DNA of 54,889 nucleotides from a virus. Its lineage: Duplodnaviria; Caudoviricetes. Both the position numbers and the translations under genes were made by a program. Within the stretch, counting starts at the first letter, position 1, and the number at the start of each line of letters is the position of its first letter. Below, piece by piece: positions 18,019-28,200 of the stretch. The notes beneath the pieces are model-generated. The model made no database searches. It was not told the DNA's origin and saw only the letters and a program-made list of their open reading frames with translations. The stretch is taken from positions 1 to 54,889 of the IMG/VR virus record IMGVR_UViG_3300037869_000003; one strand, 5' to 3'.

Positions 18019-18366
18019 ATGGTATCTGTATTAAACGAATATTTATTTACCAATAACAAATTGGTAATAGACATTGGGGAATGGCAAACGTTGACAGTGC
18101 AAATAATAGGCGGGAGTGGTACACGTTCTTTGCTTGGGACTAATGATAATGGAGCTATTACGGGGTCTACAAATGGGAGCGCCTTAGACGCTGCAAATTT
18201 CAATGCAATCCAAGCTGTTAAATTAACTGATGGGTCATCTGTCACAGCAATTACAGATACGGCACTATATAGAATTGATCCTATCAGTTTTAAATATTTA
18301 CAGATAGGAGATGGCTCGACCGCAGCGGCTACCAAGATAATGGTATTCAAAACAAAACCTTGGTAA
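18019..18366 (+). CDS. small structural protein (putative)
   Basis: 115 aa, jelly-roll-like composition, in the head module. Confidence 0.55.
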   Translation: MVSVLNEYLFTNNKLVIDIGEWQTLTVQIIGGSGTRSLLGTNDNGAITGSTNGSALDAANFNAIQAVKLTDGSSVTAITDTALYRIDPISFKYLQIGDGSTAAATKIMVFKTKPW

Positions 18367-18386
18367 TATTATTTTTTTATATTTTT

Positions 18387-18402
18387 GCTACAACGTTGTA
18401 GC
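18387..18402. promoter_or_regulatory. palindromic regulatory site, copy 3 (perfect)
   Basis: GCTACAACGTTGTAGC is a perfect 16-bp palindrome 22 nt upstream of the scaffold ATG. Confidence 0.7.
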
Positions 18403-18424
18403 TTTAACTTAACCCAATGAATTT

Positions 18425-19603
18425 ATGGAACAAGCAATAGAACCAGTAGTAGCGCAACCTGAAGAACCAGTAGTGCAGGCTGCGCCTGAAGTTAGCCAGA
18501 TTGTGGCTGGCAATTTATGGGGTCTTAACCCAACTGCTTATCAGGACATAGAGCAAGCGCCTCCAGTAGCCGCATCGGCCCAAAGCGCAAATGACGTACA
18601 GCCTGCCGCAACGCAAAGCCAGGATGCGGAAGAAGTCGTAGATGTGAATGATTATTTCAAGAGAGAGTTCGGCTTAGAGGTAAATGAATTTAGAACTAAA
18701 TGGGAAGAATATAATAAGCCAAAAGAGCCAGTACAGCCACAGGAGCAAAAGTGGGTTTATGATGATTCTAAGGAAGAAGAGATTTACAACTATATAAATC
18801 AAAAAAGACAGCTTGATAGATTGGAGAAGTATGATATAGCCAATGCGGATCAGGCTGCTGAAATAATCAGGGCTAATCTTCAATTCAAACACAAAGACCT
18901 TCAACCTAACGAAATTGATCGGCTTTTTGCCCGTCAATATTCTATGCCTCCACAACCGCAGCAAAACGACCTTCAGACAGATGAAGAGTTCTCTGCGGTA
19001 ATGGATCAATGGAAGCGACAGGTTCAGGATAGGCAGCAGGATATGATTATTGACGCAAAGCTGGCTAAACCTGAGTTATCAAAATTCAAAAGCGAAATAG
19101 TTCTGCCAGATATTCAAAAGCCACAAGTGCAACAGGCAGGGCCAACCCAGGAAGAGCTGGCGGCCTTTGAGTCTGCAAGAGCGGCTTATTTAGGTGCATT
19201 AGAAAGTGGCTATCAAAACTTCAAAGGATTTAATGTGACGGCAAAGAGCGGAGATGTTCAGTTGCCGATAAGTTACAATGTAAGTCCAGAGGAACAGGTA
19301 GCCACGAAAAAGGAGTTAGAGGATTTTAATGTTAATGGTTTTTTTGACAAGAGATGGTGGGATGATAAAGGAAACCCTCACGTAACGCTGATGCAAGAAG
19401 ATTTGTATTTGCTTAAAAACAGGGATAAAATTCTTCAGAAAACCGCCAACGAAGCAGCAGCACAGATGTATGCGTACATGATTAAAAACCAGAATAACAT
19501 TAACCTGAAAGGTGTTAATCCCTCATTAGGGCCGGTTAACCCAGTACAGCCAACTCCAGTAAATGAATCACAAGCTCTGGCAGCAAGTATTTGGAGTTTA
19601 TAA
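18425..19603 (+). CDS. capsid scaffolding protein (putative)
   Basis: Acidic, Q/E/P-rich helical 392-aa protein directly upstream of the MCP. Confidence 0.6.
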   Translation: MEQAIEPVVAQPEEPVVQAAPEVSQIVAGNLWGLNPTAYQDIEQAPPVAASAQSANDVQPAATQSQDAEEVVDVNDYFKREFGLEVNEFRTKWEEYNKPKEPVQPQEQKWVYDDSKEEEIYNYINQKRQLDRLEKYDIANADQAAEIIRANLQFKHKDLQPNEIDRLFARQYSMPPQPQQNDLQTDEEFSAVMDQWKRQVQDRQQDMIIDAKLAKPELSKFKSEIVLPDIQKPQVQQAGPTQEELAAFESARAAYLGALESGYQNFKGFNVTAKSGDVQLPISYNVSPEEQVATKKELEDFNVNGFFDKRWWDDKGNPHVTLMQEDLYLLKNRDKILQKTANEAAAQMYAYMIKNQNNINLKGVNPSLGPVNPVQPTPVNESQALAASIWSL

Positions 19604-19629
19604 TATTTCACTAATTAAATTTTAAAACA

Positions 19630-21069
19630 ATGGCAGGAATACCTACCAGTAACATATTGCAGCCTGGTAATATATCAGTCTCAGGCGGCGCGAATAGGGC
19701 GTTAGTGTCCAATCTTCAATTGCTAACCCCTCAGTATTACAAACAATTCGTTGAAAAATATGGGGCAGAAAACTGGACGTGGTGGTTAGCTACTTATGGC
19801 GGCATGGAGCAAGTCATGAACCGTAATTTCTTCTGGTTCGAGAGCCGTGGCAAACTTCAAATCGGTATTCAGTTAGCTTCTAATGCTACCGGCGCTACCG
19901 CAGGCGCTACCGTGGCGTGTACTCTCGCGTCTGCGTTTCACTTCAACTCTGGCACTCAATCGCCTTTGCGCGTAGGGGAAACAATTTACATTGCTTCTAC
20001 CGGAGTTGGTGGCGAAATCCTTGGGCCAATCGTTGAAACCGCAAATGCTTTCACATTCAACTTGCGTCCGAAACAATCTACTCAGTCATTGGCATCTGCT
20101 GGACAAGCATCTACATTGTTGGCTACGGATGTGATTATTTTCGGTGGTCGTGTGGATGTAGGCGAAGCGTCTGGTACTAATATTCCGCAAGTATATCTTA
20201 CTCAGAAATATGAGAATAACATCACCGAAATCCACGATACATGGTCTGCGACCGATTTGGGCGAAATGACTGATGTGTTTATTGATAGTGGTGTAAGTGG
20301 TTCTCCTATTGGTGGCGCTGCTCAGGCCGGTACATCCTATTTCACATATTTAGGATTAGTAAAAGCATCTCAACGCTTCGTGAATAACGTAGAGCGCAAG
20401 CTAATGTTTGGTGATGCTGTTAATAATACCGGATTAGGCACAGATACATCAGTGGGTTGCCAAGGACTTCTTCCAAAGATTCTAGCAGATGGCGAGACTG
20501 TAACTTATACTCCTGGTAATTTGGATATCCCATTCCTACATACGCTTACCCGCGTTATGGATGTAAATGGATGCGTGAAGCAAAATATGTGGATGGCCGA
20601 TATCTTCCAACGCCAAGACTTTTCTGATGGCATTTTCCAAACTTTCCCTGCCGGTGCATTCGTTTGGGGACAAGGAGAAAAATCAGAAGACGCAAGTGTG
20701 GCATATGGCTTCAAGTTGATTGATATTGACGGTTATCGTTTCCAGATCGGTAAATATCGCAACTTCAACACTGAAGCATATACAGGTTTAACACCAGCTA
20801 CAGACTACTACCGTAATTTCGGTTTCTTATGTCCAATGGGCGAAACACCGGATGCGAAAACTCCAGCACGCGTTTATAAAAACATTACAGTAATGAGTCA
20901 ACAACCTCCTAAAGGTGGCTCAATAGGTAATGGCATTCGTGTATGGAACTGGGGTGGTGGTTCTACCAATCCTACGGATGGTACATTGCGGGATAATATT
21001 GAAATGGCAACCTACAGATCGATAAGAAATGTTGCAGCCAATCAATTCATCAACATTGTAAGTGCATAA
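19630..21069 (+). CDS. major capsid protein
   Basis: 479 aa; FFWFE E-loop-like segment, VERKLMFG and GLL motifs typical of HK97-fold MCPs; strong codon bias; followed by a terminator. Confidence 0.85.
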   Translation: MAGIPTSNILQPGNISVSGGANRALVSNLQLLTPQYYKQFVEKYGAENWTWWLATYGGMEQVMNRNFFWFESRGKLQIGIQLASNATGATAGATVACTLASAFHFNSGTQSPLRVGETIYIASTGVGGEILGPIVETANAFTFNLRPKQSTQSLASAGQASTLLATDVIIFGGRVDVGEASGTNIPQVYLTQKYENNITEIHDTWSATDLGEMTDVFIDSGVSGSPIGGAAQAGTSYFTYLGLVKASQRFVNNVERKLMFGDAVNNTGLGTDTSVGCQGLLPKILADGETVTYTPGNLDIPFLHTLTRVMDVNGCVKQNMWMADIFQRQDFSDGIFQTFPAGAFVWGQGEKSEDASVAYGFKLIDIDGYRFQIGKYRNFNTEAYTGLTPATDYYRNFGFLCPMGETPDAKTPARVYKNITVMSQQPPKGGSIGNGIRVWNWGGGSTNPTDGTLRDNIEMATYRSIRNVAANQFINIVSA

Positions 21070-21079
21070 TTAGCAATTA

Positions 21080-21108
21080 AGAGCCTCCTTAACCGGAGGC
21101 TCTATTTA
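21080..21108 (+). terminator. terminator after MCP
   Basis: AGAGCCTCC-ttaacc-GGAGGCTCT-ATTTA. Confidence 0.7.
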
Positions 21109-21165
21109 ATAATGTTTTGGCGTGGGTGTTCTCCCTTAAAAATGCGTCACATTAAAATATAAAAA

Positions 21166-22077
21166 ATGGCAACTCTAAAAGACATTCAATTCTCCATGAA
21201 TGGAGAACCTGATGAAAAAACAAAACCAATTGACGCAGATTATGTCCCAGAAGCTAAAGTGCAAGGCTCTATAAATGGTGCCGATGCCGGTTTAAATAAA
21301 CTTGTGATATTTAAATTAGTGAAAAAAAATGCAGGCGGGGTTTATATTCAAGCAATAGATTATGTAATAAATCCAAAAGAACCAGAGAAGGGGCTACAAA
21401 TGATCCGGCTTTTAAAAGGAGTTCCATCAATTTGGGCAAAGGATCAAAAAGACATTCCAGAAAATAAAATAGGCAAATTGATGGAGTTTCTGGAATGGCC
21501 TAAGGGATCAAGGTACATGTATGTGCAGGCGCACGATAAGGCGAAATTGGAGTTCATGGAGTTGTGTTGTCATAACCGATTAAATCCAAACAAAACTAAG
21601 GTAAGCAAGACGGAGTTCTTTTTATATGACCCAGAAGCAGCGGATAAAGAAAGACTGGCTACAGAAATGAAGGAGATTCAGATGTTGATGAAAGCGCAAA
21701 CGCAGCCAGTAGAAAAAATGAAAAAGCATCTGTTTTATTTGGGCGGCAAATTAACGCATGATATAACAGGCGCTCCAAAATCGGAAGACTCGTTGAGAAT
21801 GGAATATCTTCTGATGGCAAAGCGGAACGCAGCGGAGTTTGAAAAAAGTTTCGACTCCAAAGAGGTGGATGTCCATTATAAGATCAGAGAGTTGATTATT
21901 GAAGGGAAGTTGGATACTTCAAGAAATGATGGTAGGATATATTGGGGTAGCAATGGTGCCGTGGCGTGTAATATGCCAAAAGGAGAAAATCCAATTACTT
22001 ATTTAACGCAATTGTCTTTGACGAACACAAAAGAGGGGAAAGAATTTAAACAAGAAATTGATAGATTAGCAACATAA
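21166..22077 (+). CDS. conserved head-module protein of unknown function
   Basis: 303-aa charged protein between the MCP and the tail ring genes. Confidence 0.55.
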   Translation: MATLKDIQFSMNGEPDEKTKPIDADYVPEAKVQGSINGADAGLNKLVIFKLVKKNAGGVYIQAIDYVINPKEPEKGLQMIRLLKGVPSIWAKDQKDIPENKIGKLMEFLEWPKGSRYMYVQAHDKAKLEFMELCCHNRLNPNKTKVSKTEFFLYDPEAADKERLATEMKEIQMLMKAQTQPVEKMKKHLFYLGGKLTHDITGAPKSEDSLRMEYLLMAKRNAAEFEKSFDSKEVDVHYKIRELIIEGKLDTSRNDGRIYWGSNGAVACNMPKGENPITYLTQLSLTNTKEGKEFKQEIDRLAT

Positions 22078-22091
22078 ATAAGGAGGGTTAA

Positions 22092-22763
22092 ATGTCCATA
22101 GATGAAATGTATCGCCTGGTACAATTTATTATTAGAAAAAATCAAAATGGCAACTTAAGGCCACAAGATTTTAATAATATTATCAATGTAGCCCAGGTTG
22201 CATACATGGATTATCTCTTAGGGCAATTCCAAAAATACACACCAGGAAGACCATTTGCCGCTGTCGATTATAGCCAAAATCAGGATATAAGACAGCGGCT
22301 TAGTCCATTTATACCACCTCGAGTTACGGTGACAATAGATGGGAGCGGTCGCGCTTCTTATCCTTCGGACTATCTTAGTTCGGATGCAATGAATTACGGG
22401 GCTTATAAAAGAAGGGTAAAGTTTATACAGCAAGATAGGGAGGATAGCCATATTAATAGCTTCATAGACCCGATGGCAACAAATCCATTTTATTTAATAG
22501 ATGGAGGTGGGTTTAAGTTTTATCCGGAAAATCTAGGGTCGGCCAGCTTGTCCTATATACGTACCCCCACTACAATGGTTTGGAATTTTGTTCCAGATAT
22601 TTACGGAAGGCCAGTTTATACGTCAGTTGGGAGCGTGCAACCTGAATGGCAAGAGCTTGACCAATTAGAAATAGTTGTTCGGGCACTTCAGCAAGTTGGC
22701 GTTAATCTTCAGCTCAGGGATGTTGAACAGTATAGCATGTCAATAAAAAATCAAGGACAATAA
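22092..22763 (+). CDS. tail ring/adaptor protein 1 (crAss/P22 gp4-like)
   Basis: MSIDEMY..IRKNQNGNLRPQDFN..N.AQ; YIRTP; position and size. Confidence 0.65.
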   Translation: MSIDEMYRLVQFIIRKNQNGNLRPQDFNNIINVAQVAYMDYLLGQFQKYTPGRPFAAVDYSQNQDIRQRLSPFIPPRVTVTIDGSGRASYPSDYLSSDAMNYGAYKRRVKFIQQDREDSHINSFIDPMATNPFYLIDGGGFKFYPENLGSASLSYIRTPTTMVWNFVPDIYGRPVYTSVGSVQPEWQELDQLEIVVRALQQVGVNLQLRDVEQYSMSIKNQGQ

Positions 22764-23617
22764 TGAAAAGCAAAATACCTTATTGGCAATCAACTAAATG
22801 TCCATTACACAAAAGAGGAGTTGAGCCTAAATATTCGCATATATCCGAGGAGCATAAAAATGAAATAATAAATCTGTTTAAAACGGGGGAATATACATTT
22901 AATAAATTAGCTATAAAATATAATAGGCATATAAGTAGCATTAAAAAGCTGCTAAATAAGAATGGGCTTACAGCTATAGAAACAACTATTTCATGTAGAA
23001 AATACAGTATCAACGAGAATTATTTTGATGAAATAGATTGTGAGGATAAGGCGTATTATTTGGGGTTTTTATTTGCTGATGGGTATAATAATACAAAGAA
23101 AAATGAAATATCAATAACCCTTAATATAAGGGATAAGTCTATCTTGGAACTGTTTTTAGATTGCATTGAGTCTAATCGCCCAATAAGAATTAAGGGGAAT
23201 TATTGTAGTGTTTCTATAGGCAATAAGCACTTAAGCCAACAGTTGTCTATACTGGGGTGTGGTAAAGCAAAGACGCATACATTGCAATTCCCTATTGGAT
23301 TGAATGAAAAATATTATGCTCCCTTCGTGAGAGGATATTTTGATGGAGATGGTAGCTTTTCATTTAATAAAAGAATAAAAAGCAATATGACTTTTACTAT
23401 AACTAGCGCTAAGAGGTTTTTGATAGAAGTGCAACGTGTGTTAAATAGAGAAATTGGGTTGAGGTTTACAAAAATAACTGATATAAAACATGCGAAATCT
23501 TCTATAGGGGTTCTGTTATATGGGGGAAGAAATAATTGTGTTTTATTCAGAGATTGGATATATAAAAACGCTACAGTATTCCTAACTAGAAAATATATTA
23601 AATTCCATATGATATGA
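22763..23617 (+). mobile_element. free-standing LAGLIDADG homing endonuclease with N-terminal HTH
   Basis: Two motifs, AYYLGFLFADG and FVRGYFDGDG; AT-rich; inserted between ring genes with TAATG/ATGA overlaps. Confidence 0.9.
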
Positions 23618-24255
23618 CAAGGGGGGCATTTATAGAGTCAATATTAATGCAGGTCTATGGTCAGAAACCAACAGATGACAGTGAAATAACTTACAATTTA
23701 GTGAACTTATATTGCGCGGAGGGGATCGCAGTCGCCGCACAAGCGGCCTATAAAAGTGCCATCCAGATTGATGGTGTAGGGTATATTAATAATGGGTTTT
23801 ATACTACTTTTTCCGGTTTAACAATAACGCAAGACCCTACGGATAATTTATGCTGGGTATTTACGTTGCCAGAAATACCGGTAGGCGTAAGTGCAAATAT
23901 GGGGATAGCTGAATTGAGATTTAAAGCAGATGGATTTACATCACTACCGGCAATCCCATTGAGCATGAATCAATGGGGATATTTTGATAGCATGCCGCCT
24001 ATTGTAAATAAGATAATGTATTTGCCTGAAGGCAAGCTGGTGAGGGCTAAAACGCCATTGATATTAAGCCAATATACGGCTACAGTTAAGATGATAAGCG
24101 GAGGGGATGTAAGTAATTTAAATTCTGATTTGAATGTGCCACCTGATTATCTCCCTGTTTGTAGAGATTATATTATACAAAAACTTATGGCAGAAAGATC
24201 CGTCCCGGCTGATGTTTATAATGACGGGACGGATAATAATTTAAAACAACTATAA
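23614..24255 (+). CDS. tail ring protein 2 (putative)
   Basis: 213 aa; ring-protein layout with C-terminal VPPDYL...DVYND. Confidence 0.6.
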   Translation: MTRGAFIESILMQVYGQKPTDDSEITYNLVNLYCAEGIAVAAQAAYKSAIQIDGVGYINNGFYTTFSGLTITQDPTDNLCWVFTLPEIPVGVSANMGIAELRFKADGFTSLPAIPLSMNQWGYFDSMPPIVNKIMYLPEGKLVRAKTPLILSQYTATVKMISGGDVSNLNSDLNVPPDYLPVCRDYIIQKLMAERSVPADVYNDGTDNNLKQL

Positions 24256-24521
24256 TGCGACCTATAAAAAATAAAGTGCTTGTAAAGCCATTCCCATCAG
24301 ATGAATTATCTGCCGGAGGAATATATGTTTCAGAAGCACACAGGGAAGTCAGTAATAAGATGGAAGTGATTGCGGTTGGCAATGGCACAAATAAAACGCC
24401 CATGCAATTTAAGCCAGGGGATGTAGTGTTTAGGGTGAAAGGGTGTGGGGATGAATTTGTCATAAATGGGGAGAAGCATTTTTTAGTAGAACAGTCATGG
24501 CTGATAGCTAAATTAAATTAA
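24255..24521 (+). CDS. groES: co-chaperonin GroES
   Basis: MRPIKNKVLVKP...SAGGIYV...EVIAVGNG...KPGDVVF. Confidence 0.92.
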   Translation: MRPIKNKVLVKPFPSDELSAGGIYVSEAHREVSNKMEVIAVGNGTNKTPMQFKPGDVVFRVKGCGDEFVINGEKHFLVEQSWLIAKLN

Positions 24522-24522
24522 C

Positions 24523-25290
24523 ATGAGTCAACATCAATCGTGGATACCTATTGATGATTGCATAAATTCATATATAAGTGAATCAGAGCAATCTAATCAC
24601 AAGTTTTTTAAACTGTGGCAATGTTCGTTTGACTTGATGACAGAGATGGGGTTGGATTTTTTCTATCAAATAAAATCGGTTAAACTGCCAGTTAACCCAA
24701 ACTTCACAGTTACGTTGCCATCCGATTGTTTGATGTACTCAAAAGTTGGGGTGTTGAATGATGTTGGAGAAATAATCCCATTAATATACAATGACAAGTT
24801 AACTAGTTACGCTGCCTTTAGTCCTGACAGATTGCAGAAAACACAAGACAATACCCTATTCAATTTTTTTCTATTCAATACGCCAATATGGTATAACTTC
24901 TGGACAGGAAATAGCTTTACTACATTATATGGGATGCCTAGCGGCGCTCCATTTGTTGGAAGTTTTAAAATAGATAAGACTGCTGGGGTTATTTTGTTGG
25001 GTGAGACATTCTCTTACGATTACATAATGTTAGAATATGTAGCTACGCCACAGCAAGATCAACAATATTATGTGCCCATTCAATTCAAGGAAGCATTTAA
25101 GGCTGGATTGGCTTGGATGGATATAAGGTCGATTCCTTCAAGCAGGCGTGGCAATCTTGGGGATAAAAGAGACAGGAAGCATGATTTTTATAACCAACGT
25201 AGATTGGCATGGGCTAGGTATCGCCCATTCAATTTGCAAGAGGCGTATGAGTGGGCACAAACAAATACTCGATTAACGGTTAAAATATAA
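24523..25290 (+). CDS. tail ring protein 3 (putative)
   Basis: LPSDCLMYSKVG, IMLEYV, VPIQFKEA; upstream of the muzzle gene. Confidence 0.6.
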   Translation: MSQHQSWIPIDDCINSYISESEQSNHKFFKLWQCSFDLMTEMGLDFFYQIKSVKLPVNPNFTVTLPSDCLMYSKVGVLNDVGEIIPLIYNDKLTSYAAFSPDRLQKTQDNTLFNFFLFNTPIWYNFWTGNSFTTLYGMPSGAPFVGSFKIDKTAGVILLGETFSYDYIMLEYVATPQQDQQYYVPIQFKEAFKAGLAWMDIRSIPSSRRGNLGDKRDRKHDFYNQRRLAWARYRPFNLQEAYEWAQTNTRLTVKI

Positions 25291-25295
25291 TTTTA

Positions 25296-28200
25296 ATGGT
25301 TCAGGCATTCCCATTCGCTGGTGTTTTAAATTACGATGATCCAGATGAGGTAATCCCTTCTGTTCATCATAAGGATGCATTGAATATAGTATTCAAGGGA
25401 ACCTTGCCTAATTTAAGAGCAGAAAATACTCCTGGCACTCGCGAATTAGTAAATCCATTTCTGATAAATGATGGAGCTAATTTAACAATTGGTAGATTCT
25501 ATGATTCTGTAAAAAAACGAATATTCTTTTTTAATTATCGCCCAGATAACAAGAAGGCGATATATATGTTCGATACGGTTGCTCAAGTATTCTATAGAAT
25601 AGTGGAGGAGGGGATTAATGCTTCTGTTGGGGCATTGGATTTTACGGCAGCAAATCCTATTATTCATGCGAATGTTATTTACGGGGATGCTGTACAGGGA
25701 GACATTTTATATTATCTAAATAGTTTCGGAGTCCCTAAGAAAATAAATATTGACAGAGCACTTACTGGTGGGTATGGTACTATAATCCCGCAGTATTTGG
25801 ATGTTGCAAAACAACCATCAGATACGCCCCCTTATGTTGCTTATGAAAATGATCCCGCAAATACTATAAATAATGTTAGGAAGAAATTATTCAGATTTAA
25901 AATAAGATGGGTTTTTGATGACCAAGATAAATCGGTGACAAGTTCGCAAAGCGAAATGCCGTTGCCATTGAACGCGTTCGATCAATCCATAGACACAGAT
26001 CCGACTAAGAATTGCAGGATAGCTGTTGTGTATAAAACCGGGCCGTCTAATGTAAAGAAAATAGAAATATTAGTGTCTAATTCATTGGGAGTTACAATGA
26101 GCGATTGGTATTTGGTCGCTTCGTTGGACAAGTCCGTTGAGGGCATTCTTGATAACGATATATCTACATTCCTTTTTTATAATGATAGAGCCTATACTGA
26201 TATTGATATAAAAGAGAGTGTTCAATTGTTTGATCTGGTTCCAATAAAAGCTGGGGCACAAATAGTTCTGAATGGAAATGTTTTGGATTATGGTAATATA
26301 ACTGAAGGTTATGCTAATTTGACAAACTTCGGTGATGGGACTAATATTAGTTCAATATCTAATAGCTCGGTTCCGTATTATTATGGGATTTATTACGGTC
26401 TTCTAGCCTCAAACATAAATGGGATTACATCAAATAATATTCATATTGCTGTTAGGGGAATAATGATAATAGGAGATGTGTATACCATTTATTTTGATGA
26501 TGCGTCAAATATATCATATACTGTTTTGTCAGGAGACGATTCGGCGGCAGTAATTGAAGGGTTAAGAGTAAATGCAATAGCGGATGGGTTTACAATTATA
26601 AGTTCATCTGCTAATGATCTGTATATATTCAAATTGGGGGTGGGTCTATTAAGGTCAATTATTACAAATAGCGCATATAGTGTTAATTCGGCACTAAACA
26701 CTTCATTTAATGCATACGATTGGAATAGTAAGTATGCGTTTGGGTTGGTTTATTTCGATGCGAAGGGTAGGACGAATGGGGTTGTGTATACAAGTGGGTT
26801 TTCTGTTCAATCTAATTCATATACAGAGAGTAGTCCTACTGGGGATATAACTAAGTTCAATGCCAGTATTTATCATCAGCCACCTGACTGGTCTTATTAT
26901 TATCAATGGGTAAGAACAAAGAATTTAAGTAAGTCTGGATTTGTGCAATGGATTTCAGATAGAACATTTAAAGATATTACTACCGTTTCAGGGCTTATTA
27001 AATATGCGTATATAAGTATTGAATCGCTGAGGCAGTTTGGTATAAATAATCCAGGAAGCCCATTGGGGTATTCATTTACTACCGGGGATAGGATAAGATT
27101 TTTTAAGAGAGATAATCCGGACGGAACAACTGCAAACTTGTATGGGGCTACTAAGGACTTTGAGATAATAGGGTCGATAATAGGCCCAACTATTAATGGA
27201 GATACCAAGTCTGGGCAATTCATTAAAATAATCCTTCCGGCTACGGATGGGGCATTTGATTTTGGGTCAACAGGGTTTGATAATTATTTTATTGAATTGT
27301 ATACCCCAGCTCAGGCTGTAGCTAATAACCTGAATGTGTATTATGAGTATGGTGAAAAATACGCAATATTCAATCCAACTCTATCTGGTAGAGTTCATCA
27401 GGGTGAACTTCAAGATCAAATTTATTTAAGCCAACCAGCTACATTTGAGTTTTATAAAGGAGATGATTATGTTAGGCTTAGATCAATTCAGACCGGGAAT
27501 GTTTATACATGGGATATTCCTACTACAAATGCGAATGGGTTTAGATTTCTTGTCCCATTGAATTTTATAAGTTCCACATTTACAGATGCGAATGTAACAC
27601 CGCATAGTGTAGCGTATGCTGGGGTGGGTAATGCGTTTAACCCAACTACAGATAATAGGTGGTTTCAGTCAGCTAGCCTAATAACAACATTTAAAGTAGG
27701 CGGCTCGTTTTCTGTTACATTCCCAACGGCTAGAGCTGGCGACTCTTGGCGGCTTAGAGTACAAAATAGATTTGGGGACTCATCTACACTTGCTGTATTC
27801 GATGCTTCAAATGCCGGTACGTATACTTTCCCTCTTACTCTTTTTAATAATCCAGACGGAAGTATAACTGATACAGTTACCTTGGATAATGACCATATAT
27901 TTTTGTTGTTTGAATGTATAAACAATAATAGTGATCGGCAATGTACATTCTTGGCAACAAATCTAACACTTACGGTAGATCATGTTATTGCCCAACGGTG
28001 CATTGATCCTAATTTCTCAGATTATTTTTCAAGTTCTGTAAATTCTAATGGCAGAGCTTTTGATTATGAGCCAAATGCTAATCAGGTAACATACCCAGTA
28101 ATGCATAGGTGGAGTTTGGCATTCCAAAGGGATACAAATATAAATCAAACATGTAGGTTTTATTCTCAAAATTCTGATGAATTAGTTAGAGAATATGGGG

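Noticed and set aside
22092-24255. Group I intron or intein around the LAGLIDADG ORF
   Set aside because: The ORF abuts both neighbours with no non-coding sequence, both neighbours have their own start and stop, and there are no intein terminal residues
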